A stretch of 63,289 bases of DNA, from positions 1 to 63,289 of the forward strand of contig JAVCDJ010000028.1 in the NCBI GenBank assembly GCA_030765845.1. Reading direction: 5' to 3'. Made by a program: the position numbers and the translations under genes. The notes under the pieces were generated by a model. The model saw nothing but the letters and a program-made list of their open reading frames with translations. It was not told the origin of the DNA and made no database searches. The stretch comes from Candidatus Stygibacter australis (GTDB taxonomy: Bacteria; Cloacimonadota; Cloacimonadia; Cloacimonadales; TCS61). Shown in pieces: positions 40,913-51,310 of the stretch (positions are counted from its first letter, which is position 1; every line of letters begins with the position of its first letter).

Positions 40913-43233
40913 TTATGGATGAAAAACAGACAATTAATTTTAAATCAATAATTATCTGGCTACTACTCTTGATTTTATCAATTTTATTGCTGGTGGCAAT
41001 CAGTGTAGATAGTCAGAAGATTATCACAGATTACGATAATATTATCCAGAGTGGTATGTCATTTCTGGATGTGGTAAAGATGGATTTCCCAGATGTGAGT
41101 AACCCAATTGGGCCTTTTGGAGCCTGTATGAGCTATTGGCTCAGCTATCTATTTGGTAGAATACTCTGTATTTCTCTCCTGCTGGGTATGATAATGCTCT
41201 CATTTTTTAATATTTTCACATCTAATCAGGAAAATATCCTTAGTAAGATAATCTGCTTTGTGATCATGGCATTCTTTGTGAATATCATTGTGATCACAGT
41301 AACTCATAAGCAGTCTCAGATACCAGGTTTGTTTACTAAATTCTTCAGAACTTTTCTCAATAACATGTTTGGTACCGCAGGAACTATCATTATTGCTTCA
41401 GTGATAATTATTGTGATGGTGATAATAATATTTGAACTGGGACTTATCTGGCGCTTCTTCTGCTGGCTTGCTAAAATCTTCAGCAGTTTTTTTGGGCTGA
41501 TATTCAAACCACGTAAAAAGATAGAAATAGAAGGAAAACCTGCTCCCAAAGCACGAAAGCCCAAATTAATAATTCATTCAGAACCGGCTGAAGATATTGA
41601 AGAAGATCCTCAGATAAGTTTGGATATTGAGGAAATAATTGAGGAAATTCCTAAAAAAAAGGTTAAAACTCCTCCAATTAATAATACTCCTCCTAAAAAG
41701 GAAGAAAAGAAAGTTTTAAAACAGGTTAAAAGACGTGATAATCCCAATAATTATCAACCACCTGCTGATGGAAAATATCATCTTCCCAAAATCCCGAATT
41801 TTCTGCAGGAGTCTTCTGCTCAAATCTCTGACCGCAAATCCATAGAAGATAATATTGCCAAAGTAAGTAATGTCCTGCAGAATAAACTTGCTGAATTCCA
41901 GGTAGAAGCAACCGTAAAAAATGTCAATATTGGACCTATAGTAACGCAATATGAACTGGAACCTGCACCGGGAGTTAAAGTAAATACTTTTAATAACTTA
42001 TCAAAAGATCTGGCGCTGGCACTCAAAGCCACAAGTCTGAGGGTGGAAGCTCCTATCCCGGGAAAGGGATTTATTGGTATTGAAGTACCTAATGACCAGC
42101 GTGATATTATTTATCTGCGTGATATTATGCTTTCACCACAGATGAAGAAGATGAAGAGTAAACTTGCTTTTGCCCTGGGAAAAGATATAGCAGGAAATCC
42201 TGTAGTAGCGGATCTTGCACGTATGCCGCACCTTTTGATAGCAGGTGCCACTGGTTCAGGGAAAAGCGTCTGCGTAAATTCCATTATTGTAAGTCTGCTG
42301 CTGCGGAGCACACCTTCGGAGCTTCGTCTTATTCTCATTGATCCCAAACGCATTGAATTAGTCGGTTATGAAGGTATTCCTCATCTAATTCAAAACGTGG
42401 TTACAGAAACTGATCATGTGATGATGGCGCTAAATTGGGCAGTCACTGAAATGGAAAGAAGATATAAGCTGCTGCAGAATTACACAGTAAGGAATCTGGA
42501 AGATTATAATAATAAGATCAGAGAATTAAAGTCAATTGGAGAAGAACCGGAAGATAATGAACTTCCCTGTATTGTGGTGATCATTGATGAATTCTCAGAT
42601 CTGATAATGACGGCTACAAAGGAAATAGAACGCCCGGTAACCCGTCTGGCACAGATGGCTCGTGCGATAGGAATACATTTGATCCTGGCTACACAGCGTC
42701 CTTCCACAAAGGTTATCACCGGTTTGATCAAGGCAAATTTTCCTGCGAGAATAGCATTCAAGGTTTCTCAAAAGATCAATTCACGAGTTATCATGGATTC
42801 TAATGGTGCTGAGCAATTGCTTGGAAAAGGTGATTCTCTCTATCTGGGTCCAGGAAAAGCCATCCCGGAAAGAATTCATGGAGCTTTTGTATCAGATGAT
42901 GAGATCAATGATCTGGTAGATTATCTGAGAGTGCAGCCCAAACCAGAAAACGATATTATAATTATTCAGGAAGAAGGTGCGGCTTTGGTAAATTTCGATT
43001 TTGATGACGATTTATTCCCGGAAGCTGCCTATGCTGTAGTTACCGCAGGATCTGCTTCGGTTTCAATGCTTCAGCGTCATTTTAAAATTGGATATGCCCG
43101 AGCAGGTAGATTGATCGACCTGCTGGAACAGGCAAATATTGTTGGTCCACATCTGGGCAGTAAATCAAGAGAAGTGCTGGCAGATTTAGAAGATCTGGCA
43201 AGATTGGGCTACTTGCCTGAGGAGTTATTATGA
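40909..43233 (+). CDS. ftsK: DNA translocase FtsK/SpoIIIE
   Basis: N-terminal TMs, PHLLIAGATGSGKS, IDEFSDL, ATQRPS, gamma domain SMLQRHFKIGYARAGRLID. Confidence 0.97.
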   Translation: MIMDEKQTINFKSIIIWLLLLILSILLLVAISVDSQKIITDYDNIIQSGMSFLDVVKMDFPDVSNPIGPFGACMSYWLSYLFGRILCISLLLGMIMLSFFNIFTSNQENILSKIICFVIMAFFVNIIVITVTHKQSQIPGLFTKFFRTFLNNMFGTAGTIIIASVIIIVMVIIIFELGLIWRFFCWLAKIFSSFFGLIFKPRKKIEIEGKPAPKARKPKLIIHSEPAEDIEEDPQISLDIEEIIEEIPKKKVKTPPINNTPPKKEEKKVLKQVKRRDNPNNYQPPADGKYHLPKIPNFLQESSAQISDRKSIEDNIAKVSNVLQNKLAEFQVEATVKNVNIGPIVTQYELEPAPGVKVNTFNNLSKDLALALKATSLRVEAPIPGKGFIGIEVPNDQRDIIYLRDIMLSPQMKKMKSKLAFALGKDIAGNPVVADLARMPHLLIAGATGSGKSVCVNSIIVSLLLRSTPSELRLILIDPKRIELVGYEGIPHLIQNVVTETDHVMMALNWAVTEMERRYKLLQNYTVRNLEDYNNKIRELKSIGEEPEDNELPCIVVIIDEFSDLIMTATKEIERPVTRLAQMARAIGIHLILATQRPSTKVITGLIKANFPARIAFKVSQKINSRVIMDSNGAEQLLGKGDSLYLGPGKAIPERIHGAFVSDDEINDLVDYLRVQPKPENDIIIIQEEGAALVNFDFDDDLFPEAAYAVVTAGSASVSMLQRHFKIGYARAGRLIDLLEQANIVGPHLGSKSREVLADLEDLARLGYLPEELL

Positions 43234-43835
43234 AGATTTCCATGATATTACTATTCCTTATTATTTCACTTTATTTATCTGCGGATCAATTGGATGATAT
43301 TTATAATCAGATCATCGATGAATACAGTAAAATTTCTTCGTTTGAAGCAACTCTTATTCAGGAAAACCACTGGTCAGAGATTGATCGAACAAAATCAACA
43401 ACCGGGAAAATATATTATAATACTGATTCACTATATGTTTCCTATGATCCTCCCGATGAACAGGAATTATTCGTCCAGGAAAACACTGTGATCATGCACG
43501 ATAAGAAGAGTGGACAGGCGATTTATATGGATAAAGGAGATTTTTTGATCCGACCTTTAAGTATAATCAAATCTTACTGGAATGAAAGTGAAAAACAATT
43601 GCTTCCAGTTCAGGATGATTTCATTATGTTATTAATAAAAAGAGCTGATGAAGAAATTATAATCAGCTTGAAATCAGGACTGATCACTTCATTACTTATT
43701 ACTGATAAAGACAATAATTCTGTAAAATATCAATTTCTTGATGAGAAAATTAATTCTGTGCTTCCCAAAAGTATCTTTATACCGGCATTTCCTGAGAATA
43801 CAAATATAATAGATAACCGCACAAACGGAGAATAA
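43230..43835 (+). CDS. lolA: outer-membrane lipoprotein carrier LolA-like
   Basis: Signal peptide; SFEATLIQ, GKIYY, follows ftsK with a 4-nt overlap. Confidence 0.75.
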   Translation: MKISMILLFLIISLYLSADQLDDIYNQIIDEYSKISSFEATLIQENHWSEIDRTKSTTGKIYYNTDSLYVSYDPPDEQELFVQENTVIMHDKKSGQAIYMDKGDFLIRPLSIIKSYWNESEKQLLPVQDDFIMLLIKRADEEIIISLKSGLITSLLITDKDNNSVKYQFLDEKINSVLPKSIFIPAFPENTNIIDNRTNGE

Positions 43836-43837
43836 AA

Positions 43838-44893
43838 ATGATTGCTCTAATTATGGCAGGAGGAGTTGGCTCCCGATTTTGGCCCCTTTCCAGAGAAGAT
43901 AATCCCAAGCAGTTTTTGCCCATCGTTAGCACAGATTCCATGATAAAGCTTACTGTAGATCGACTGCTCAAAATAGTATCAATTAAAGATATTTATATTG
44001 TCACTGCCGCCAGACAGGCTGAATTGGTAAAATATCATCTTCCTGAGCTTAATCCCCAAAATATCATTATTGAACCTTTTGGAATGAATACTGCCCCATG
44101 CATTGCACTAAGCTTAGCCTGGCTGGGAAATAAGTATCCTGAAGATGAAACCATGCTGGTAGCTGCTGCAGATCATTTGATCACAGACACAGATGAATTC
44201 TATAAATGCGTGGATATTGCCCAGGCTGCTGCCAGGCAGGATATGCTGGTTACATTTGGTATTACACCTACGTATTCAGCAACCAGCTATGGATATATAG
44301 AAAGTGGTGAGCAAATAAATAATAATTCATTTCAGGTAGTTAGCTTCAAGGAGAAACCTGATAAGAAAACAGCCCAGGAATATCTGGAGAGAGGTAATTT
44401 TTTCTGGAATAGTGGTATGTTTATCTGGAATTTGAAGACAATAAGAGAAGCATTTATCACGCTGCAGCCTGCAATCTGGGATTTACTGGATAAAATTAAA
44501 GCTATTTGGCAAAAATATGAAAGAGGCAGTGATTTCACATCTCTTTATAAGCAAATGCCGCGTCTCCCCGTTGATATTGGTATCATGGAAAAATCAGATA
44601 ATATTGCGGTTATCCCGTCAAATTTTGGCTGGAGTGATGTGGGCAGCTGGAAAGCACTATATGACATTTCACCTAAAGACAAGGATAATAACGTCTCAAA
44701 AAGAGAATTTCTTGCTATTGACAGCAAGGATAATTACATTTTTTCAGATAGACTGGTAAGTTTGATTGGAATCAATAACCTGGTGATAGTAGAAACTGAA
44801 GATTCACTCCTGATAGCAGATATGGAAAGGTCAGAAGAAGTTAAAAAACTGGTCAGCTATTTAAAGGATAATAATCTGAACGGTTATTTATAA
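43838..44893 (+). CDS. manC: mannose-1-phosphate guanylyltransferase
   Basis: MAGGVGSRFWPLSR..PKQFL, EP.G.NTAPCI, F.EKPD, WNSGMF, WSDVGSW; no cupin PMI domain. Confidence 0.93.
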   Translation: MIALIMAGGVGSRFWPLSREDNPKQFLPIVSTDSMIKLTVDRLLKIVSIKDIYIVTAARQAELVKYHLPELNPQNIIIEPFGMNTAPCIALSLAWLGNKYPEDETMLVAAADHLITDTDEFYKCVDIAQAAARQDMLVTFGITPTYSATSYGYIESGEQINNNSFQVVSFKEKPDKKTAQEYLERGNFFWNSGMFIWNLKTIREAFITLQPAIWDLLDKIKAIWQKYERGSDFTSLYKQMPRLPVDIGIMEKSDNIAVIPSNFGWSDVGSWKALYDISPKDKDNNVSKREFLAIDSKDNYIFSDRLVSLIGINNLVIVETEDSLLIADMERSEEVKKLVSYLKDNNLNGYL

Positions 44894-46558
44894 GTGATGA
44901 CAGAAAGCATAAAAAAGCAGATAATCAATTTGAAAGTCCTGCTTTGCGAAGATTCAGAAAATACATTGCATTCTCTGAAGAACATCCTGATCCGCAGATT
45001 TACTAAGGTGATCACTGCTGAAGATGGGTTATCCGGGCTACAGAAATACAAATCAGAAAAACCTGATCTGATCATTACTGACATTAGAATGCCGCAAGTT
45101 ACAGGCCTGGAAATGATTAAAACAATCAGAGAAGAAGACAGTCATATTAAGATCATTATCATTTCTGCTCACAGAGATATTAAATATTTTATGGAAGCTA
45201 TAGATTTCCATATCAGCGCATTCATCAGCAAACCGGTAGATTTTAAGATTTTTGAAAACCATCTGAAAGAGATTTCTGCTGATATACTTTTGCAGCAAAG
45301 GATCAAAATCGCAGAAGAAAAGCAGATTGCCATCTCCAAGCAGCAGGAAAGAATGTTTTTGGAGATCAAGCAGGATCTTTCTTTGGCTCGCACTGTACAG
45401 GAATATCTCCTTCCCGAATGGTTGTTGATAAGTGATGAGTTGATCTTTTCAACAGCCTATGTTCCTTCTCTGGATGTTGGGGGTGATCTTTTTGGGTATC
45501 ATGCAGTTGATAAAGATAATTATGTCTTTTATCTGGGTGACGTATCAGGGCATGGACTAAAGGCTGCCATGCTCATGATGGCTGCAAATGCTACAATTAA
45601 TATGCTAATTGATCAGGCAAAACCGGATATCGTCCCTTCACAGATACTTAATTTGCTCAATAAAATACTCTGTAAGTACCTGTTTATTAATAATAATTAT
45701 ATGACTATTATTCTGGGCACAGTAAATGTTTCCACAAATGAAATCCGCTATATTAGAGCCGGGCATCCTGAAATTATTGTTTATGATCATCAGGAAGAGA
45801 AAGCCAGGCTCATAGAAAATGATAAGGGGAATATCCCGGTAGGTTGGCTGCCAAATCATCTATATTCTGAAACGGATGAAAATAACCTCCTTATTAATGA
45901 TGATCAGACAATATTTATTTATACTGATGGCTTATTTGAATGCACACTTCCTGATAATTCACGCCTTGGTCAGGAAGCTCTTCTCAAAGTATTAAATGAC
46001 AAAATCCCTGGTACACATCCTTTTACTGCATCTTTGGAAATTATGGAGCATATTAAAATGTCGGGCTATGACATCAGCCAGGATGATTTCACTCTTGTAT
46101 CCTTTTTTAAAACAAAATCCTTCTCTATGAAGGGTATCAGGGAATATTATCAGGCAGACATTCCTGAGGATCTTGAACTCGAAGATATCCAATGCAGTGA
46201 TTTTTTATTCCAATACACTAATAACAAAGCATTTGCCAGGTTATTTGAGCGTGATATCAATCGTTTATTCAGTTCAGAAACTTTTCAGGGTGAAAGTAAT
46301 TTCATTTCAGGTTTTCTTCTGCTTCAAGTATTTGATAATGGTAATGTAGAGTGTCATTTCTGGTTAAAAACTTACAATTCGAATGAAAATGATGTTTATC
46401 TTTATGATCAATCGCTGATGCAACCTTTGACCAAGGATCAGATTGTTTTGCAACTCAATGCACTGGATATTAAATCTGAAGGTTATTTAAAGAAGGTAAA
46501 ATTTAAAACTCTGGGTGAAATACTCCAGGTTATATGTCTGCTTGACCCTAAAATTTGA
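44894..46558 (+). CDS. REC + intact PP2C/SpoIIE phosphatase + degenerate HATPase-like tail
   Basis: ITDIRMP/SKP; GGDLF, GDVSGHG, YTDG and DDFT all present. Confidence 0.9.
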   Translation: MMTESIKKQIINLKVLLCEDSENTLHSLKNILIRRFTKVITAEDGLSGLQKYKSEKPDLIITDIRMPQVTGLEMIKTIREEDSHIKIIIISAHRDIKYFMEAIDFHISAFISKPVDFKIFENHLKEISADILLQQRIKIAEEKQIAISKQQERMFLEIKQDLSLARTVQEYLLPEWLLISDELIFSTAYVPSLDVGGDLFGYHAVDKDNYVFYLGDVSGHGLKAAMLMMAANATINMLIDQAKPDIVPSQILNLLNKILCKYLFINNNYMTIILGTVNVSTNEIRYIRAGHPEIIVYDHQEEKARLIENDKGNIPVGWLPNHLYSETDENNLLINDDQTIFIYTDGLFECTLPDNSRLGQEALLKVLNDKIPGTHPFTASLEIMEHIKMSGYDISQDDFTLVSFFKTKSFSMKGIREYYQADIPEDLELEDIQCSDFLFQYTNNKAFARLFERDINRLFSSETFQGESNFISGFLLLQVFDNGNVECHFWLKTYNSNENDVYLYDQSLMQPLTKDQIVLQLNALDIKSEGYLKKVKFKTLGEILQVICLLDPKI

Positions 46559-47452
46559 TCAATACAGTCTTGATCTTTTCACCAGATAGTCGAGTAGATT
46601 CTTCTCAAACGGTGTCGATGTGGTAATAGGATTATACTCGATTCCAGCTTCATAACATCGTCTTTTAAGTTCTTTGGTATAATTCCCATATTCCTGCTGA
46701 TAATCCCTTCTGATCATCCAGGGATTTACGGTTATCTTTTCTTTAGTCTCAGCATCGATGAATTCTGTCTCCCGTTTGAAATCAAAATCAAGCTCATCCT
46801 GATCCTGAATATGAAATAGTATCACTTCGTGTTTCTGATGTCTGAAATGCTGTAAACCCGAAAATAGCTCGTCAAGATCATCCAGCATATCAGAGATGAG
46901 AACGATCAACCCTCGCTTGCGCACCTGCTCTGCCAGTTTATGAAGCACTTTTGCTGTACTGGTTCTATCACCACTTTCCAGATTATATAATTTCTTGAAT
47001 ATCTCATCCAGATATGAACGGAGTGATCGGGGAGGTAAATAAGAAGTAAGTTCATTATTATAGGTAATTAAACCCACAGCATCCTGTTGGCTCATCATCA
47101 GCCAGGCAAGTGATGATGCCAGTGCCTTGCCGTATTCAAGTTTATTCATTTTGCCCTTTCCATAGCCCATAGATGCACTATGATCAAGCAGAATATAGCT
47201 CTTCAGATTCGTTTCTTCTTCATAGCGCTTGATGTAATAGCGGTCAGTTTTGCCAAACACCTTCCAGTCAATATGTGCCACTGGATCACCTGGATTATAT
47301 TGCCGGTGATCAGAGAATTCCACACTGAATCCGTGGTAAGGTGATTTATGCAATCCTATTTTAAATCCTTCCACTATCAGACGTGCACGCAAAGAAAATT
47401 TATTCAAAGTTGCAATAAATTCGTCTGATAAATAATTTCGATTATCTGCCAT
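46559..47452 (-). CDS. DUF58 (VWA-like, MoxR-associated) protein
   Basis: GLHKSPYHGFSVEFSDHRQY.PGD...IDWKVFGKTDRYYIKRYEEETN, LDHSASM, ISD. Confidence 0.93.
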   Translation of the reverse strand: MADNRNYLSDEFIATLNKFSLRARLIVEGFKIGLHKSPYHGFSVEFSDHRQYNPGDPVAHIDWKVFGKTDRYYIKRYEEETNLKSYILLDHSASMGYGKGKMNKLEYGKALASSLAWLMMSQQDAVGLITYNNELTSYLPPRSLRSYLDEIFKKLYNLESGDRTSTAKVLHKLAEQVRKRGLIVLISDMLDDLDELFSGLQHFRHQKHEVILFHIQDQDELDFDFKRETEFIDAETKEKITVNPWMIRRDYQQEYGNYTKELKRRCYEAGIEYNPITTSTPFEKNLLDYLVKRSRLY

Positions 47453-47665
47453 CTACTTCCGCTTTTTTTGTCGCCCGTTTTCTTCACCAGTACTTCTATC
47501 TGCACCGCTAATTATTGCTGCGGGGAATAATATGGCATAAGCCACGACGAGCAATATTGGGGAAATCGTATTATCTCCGGTTCCCATGATCAGATACCCG
47601 ATCACAGTCACAATAATGGCAATCACCATTAATATCGTATTCAGTTTGCCAAATACAAATCGCAT
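47453..47665 (-). CDS. DUF3098-like small membrane protein
   Basis: N.ILMVIAIIVTVIGYLIM...ISPILLVVAY. Confidence 0.8.
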   Translation of the reverse strand: MRFVFGKLNTILMVIAIIVTVIGYLIMGTGDNTISPILLVVAYAILFPAAIISGADRSTGEENGRQKKRK

Positions 47666-47673
47666 CCTGCCTC

Positions 47674-49569
47674 CTAATATTTTTCTTTTATTAATGTCAT
47701 AAGTTCTTTTGCTCTTTCCTGGAATTCCTCTTCTCCCTCAAATCCGCTTAACAAGTTTAGATACATCAGGGCTTCATCATAAAGTTGGGATTCATAGAGG
47801 ATTGCTGCATAATGATAAAGAATTTCAGCATGTCCCATGGCTATATTATCAGTATGCTTCATTGCGTTAAGTGCATCATTATATCTCTCCATCCGGTAAA
47901 AAAGCCAGCCCAGACTATCCCAATACATAGCATTTTCTGGTTCCATCTCAAGTGCTTTTATCAGGTTGTTTTCTGCTTCTGAATATAATTCTTCTTCTTC
48001 CTCAACCGCAATTTGATAGCCATAGAAATTTAATATATTACCATTATCTGGATAATGCTCAACACCCCAGCTTAAGACGGGTAATATCTTCTCTTCATCA
48101 GATTTATCGACATATATTCCAGCCAGTGCTATCACTCCCTGGGCATTCAATTCACCAGATTCAAATGAGCTTTCCAGATATGGTAATGCCTTATCTTGAT
48201 CCTGTAGATAAAAATACATCAAACCAGTAAGCATACTGTCACCATTGAATTTGGAAATAATGAATTCAATATCTTTATCTTTATAAACAGAAGCTACTGG
48301 TGCTACCAGATCATTATCTTTTATATATTGATTATCTACCAGTGAAAGCAGTTCTTCACCGCGTTCACGCTCTCCTCTGGTTAGATTAAATATACTCAAT
48401 AAGAACATCCCGGAAGCTTTATCATCGGTCAATTTATAATAATTTTCCAGAAATTCTGATAATAATTCCTCAGTATCATTGTCAGTCATTAATCCTATTA
48501 TCAGTCCCATTTTATCCAAAACATTTTCTATCTTCTCAAAATTCTCCAGGGCCTTTGTCCAATTCCCAGCCTTCATCTCCAGTTCCCAGAGACTGCCATA
48601 AAAAGATGGATAATATTCATCATCAATGAACCCGGCAGCCAACAGCAGATCTGCAGTCTGATGACTTAGTTTATAATTTCCTGCTTGCAGAGCAGATAGA
48701 AATAGTATTCTCATAACCATAGAATCACCAGTAGAACGGCATTCTTCTTCCAGATTAATCACTTTCTCAAATTCCCCGGACTCATAATACACACTGATCA
48801 GGTACTTAAACAGCCCCACTGGCAGATCAGCTTCATTATCCTGACGATCAGAAAGCAGTTCTATAGTTAAATCCCAATCATCAAGCAATTGATTTAGTGC
48901 CACTACATTCGTTAAAGATTGCATACTGCGCCAGTGATGATATGCTTTCAATAATAGATCTCTGGCTCTTTTTTCCTTATGAAGTGTTTTATATATATCT
49001 ATTATCTCATAAATGATGTTTTCTTCTTCGGTTTTCCATTCTCCAGCAATTGCCTTATTTAAAAGCAGCGTGTCAGCAGGGGGATAATAACTATTCCTGA
49101 ATAAAAAATAGCTTAGATACTGTTCTCTTTTGGCATCGGCTCCCAGACTGCCAGCAAAATATTTATCTGCCAGTTCGATATCTCCCTGAAATATACATGC
49201 CTGGGCCAGGTTGTATAAGATCTTGTTGCTGTAATATCCAGATTCATACCATTCACTGCCCAGACGGATCATATAATCAGCTATAGTGCTGTCCCGTCGG
49301 GCCTGACCTTTCAAATAATCAAATATCTTCTCTTTCAGATAAACACTTTCCGGACTGTTTTGTTCTGCCAGTCGCACCAGATCAAAGGCTGTATCATAAT
49401 TACCCTCTAAGCGCATATATTCAGAACTGGAATAATAGATCATCGATTTCAGATAATTCAGATCTACCGGTTTTGCCTGTTTTTCTGAGGGCTTCTGATG
49501 TATGTCCTTATTGACTGCACAACCCGAAAGAACCAGCAGTAATAGTAACAGGTAATTAAATTTCTTCAT
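47674..49569 (-). CDS. TPR-repeat lipoprotein
   Basis: Lipobox LSGC at residue 17; C-terminal TPRs LNFYGY, ALEMEPEN..YWDSLGWLFY. Confidence 0.85.
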   Translation of the reverse strand: MKKFNYLLLLLLVLSGCAVNKDIHQKPSEKQAKPVDLNYLKSMIYYSSSEYMRLEGNYDTAFDLVRLAEQNSPESVYLKEKIFDYLKGQARRDSTIADYMIRLGSEWYESGYYSNKILYNLAQACIFQGDIELADKYFAGSLGADAKREQYLSYFLFRNSYYPPADTLLLNKAIAGEWKTEEENIIYEIIDIYKTLHKEKRARDLLLKAYHHWRSMQSLTNVVALNQLLDDWDLTIELLSDRQDNEADLPVGLFKYLISVYYESGEFEKVINLEEECRSTGDSMVMRILFLSALQAGNYKLSHQTADLLLAAGFIDDEYYPSFYGSLWELEMKAGNWTKALENFEKIENVLDKMGLIIGLMTDNDTEELLSEFLENYYKLTDDKASGMFLLSIFNLTRGERERGEELLSLVDNQYIKDNDLVAPVASVYKDKDIEFIISKFNGDSMLTGLMYFYLQDQDKALPYLESSFESGELNAQGVIALAGIYVDKSDEEKILPVLSWGVEHYPDNGNILNFYGYQIAVEEEEELYSEAENNLIKALEMEPENAMYWDSLGWLFYRMERYNDALNAMKHTDNIAMGHAEILYHYAAILYESQLYDEALMYLNLLSGFEGEEEFQERAKELMTLIKEKY

Positions 49570-50345
49570 TATATCTCAAAATAATATTTTAACCTGATTG
49601 ATCGATCTGCCAGACTGGTATCTCCCCGATTGCCCAACAGGTCATTAAATTTCATCTGAAGATATAGGTTGGAATTAAAATATACTCCCACTCCGGCATT
49701 CAAATAGCCTTTGTTGAAGTATTCTTCGTCATTCATGACAGTTTCCAGCCATTTTTCATCTTCATTGATTGCCATGTCATATTCCAGACTCATCACCACT
49801 ACATCACCGATGGTCTTATCTATTCCCGTAAAAATATTCAAGTGACGGTCATTTTCAGTGTTTTCCAGACTGTAGTTCATGCCCAGATGTGTTCCTAAAT
49901 TCCCTAAAAAGCCAAAATTCTTGGTCATGGTAAAAAAGAAGCCCTTAGATTTGATGTCATAACGTCTTACTTCGTCCCCATCCTCGCTTTCCTTATAAAA
50001 CCTGCCGTGACCCTGAGAATCATAGCCTAGCGCCATTGCAGGCATATTTATCGTCTCATCTATGATTCTGAATTTACCGTAAAATTCCACCTGATCATGC
50101 CATTCCGGGTCATTATTGCCAACCACGTTTTCTGCTCCGTAACTCACACCGATCATTATTCGGTCTATTATTCCTACCCGAACTCCCAGAAGTAAACCAT
50201 TGTCTTTATAAAATTCAGTAAAGATATCGGTTTGGCCACGCTGCAGCATACCCGCTGTGGGTGAATCCACCAGGGTATCCATCTCATATCCGCAAAGGGG
50301 AAAGATCATAACCAGCACTATCAATAGAATTATATGCCTCATCAT
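49569..50345 (-). CDS. YjbH-like outer-membrane beta-barrel protein
   Basis: Signal peptide; VDSPTAGML, IGVSYG, amphipathic strands, aromatic C terminus. Confidence 0.65.
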   Translation of the reverse strand: MMRHIILLIVLVMIFPLCGYEMDTLVDSPTAGMLQRGQTDIFTEFYKDNGLLLGVRVGIIDRIMIGVSYGAENVVGNNDPEWHDQVEFYGKFRIIDETINMPAMALGYDSQGHGRFYKESEDGDEVRRYDIKSKGFFFTMTKNFGFLGNLGTHLGMNYSLENTENDRHLNIFTGIDKTIGDVVVMSLEYDMAINEDEKWLETVMNDEEYFNKGYLNAGVGVYFNSNLYLQMKFNDLLGNRGDTSLADRSIRLKYYFEI

Positions 50346-50430
50346 TACCTCCTGTATTGCTCTTTATACAATTTGTAAATTTATCTAACTGTTTTTTATA
50401 GTCAAGACTTTTGAACTAAAGTGAAGATAA

Positions 50431-51204
50431 CTATAAAAGTTTTTGCTCAATATAAACCCTGATCATCTGAAATATTTCCCCTAATCCTTCATCTGAAGGA
50501 AGAGAATCCTCGATCATTGATAGATAACCACGCTCTTTGAACAATCGGATAGTAGGGATGAAATTTACTTCAAATACCCATCCCGCCTGAAGCAGCTTGA
50601 AATCATTCAGGTTTTTGATCATTTTGAAATCCACTGGTTGTCTCTGCTTAACCGATTCGTATACTATCCTGCTCACGTCACCGGTTTCCGGCAGGTCAAG
50701 CTCCAGCGTCTCATTTCTACCTAAATAACGGATTTTATAATAATCAGTTACCACTTTGAAAATATCTAGCTTATCTGCATCACGCAGAAGTTTACTGTAA
50801 AAAATCAATTCTTCCGATTCGTTTTCAGGTATCGTGAGTTTATTGTGATATTTTATTGAGTTGAGCACAATTTCCCGAATGCCTTGCGGAAGGTCCTGCA
50901 AAATTTCCTTTTCTATAATGATCTCCACTCCCAGCTCAGCATGATCAATTGATTTCGTATCACTAAAGGTGCCATAGCGCCGATATTGCTCGAATCTACC
51001 TATGTCATGCAGCAAACCAATTATCTTTGCCAGATCAAGCCTGGTCCTGGTTAATCCCAATTCTATGCCAATCTCATTTATATCTGATACTACTCTCTGC
51101 GTATGCTCTATCTTCAGGATGATATTATGCCGGTCAGTTCCTTCTGCATAATCAGATGTATATTCATCAAACCAGTTTCTCAGGTTTTTATATTCCACTT
51201 CCAT
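50431..51204 (-). CDS. HD-domain phosphohydrolase
   Basis: KIEHT.RV, LLHDIGRFEQY, DHAELG, HNK, RDADKLD. Confidence 0.9.
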   Translation of the reverse strand: MEVEYKNLRNWFDEYTSDYAEGTDRHNIILKIEHTQRVVSDINEIGIELGLTRTRLDLAKIIGLLHDIGRFEQYRRYGTFSDTKSIDHAELGVEIIIEKEILQDLPQGIREIVLNSIKYHNKLTIPENESEELIFYSKLLRDADKLDIFKVVTDYYKIRYLGRNETLELDLPETGDVSRIVYESVKQRQPVDFKMIKNLNDFKLLQAGWVFEVNFIPTIRLFKERGYLSMIEDSLPSDEGLGEIFQMIRVYIEQKLL

Positions 51205-51310
51205 TCACCGCCTTATCATATTTATCACTCTCATATCTTAACAGATACCAATTAAATCCCGGATAAAATTTTGACAATATATATCCTAATATATCAACAT
51301 TGTACATCAA

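Noticed and set aside
46556-46561. Abutting convergent stop codons (TGATCA) and the TTAA stop overlap at 56575-56578
   Set aside because: Common in compact AT-rich genomes; no additional structure.
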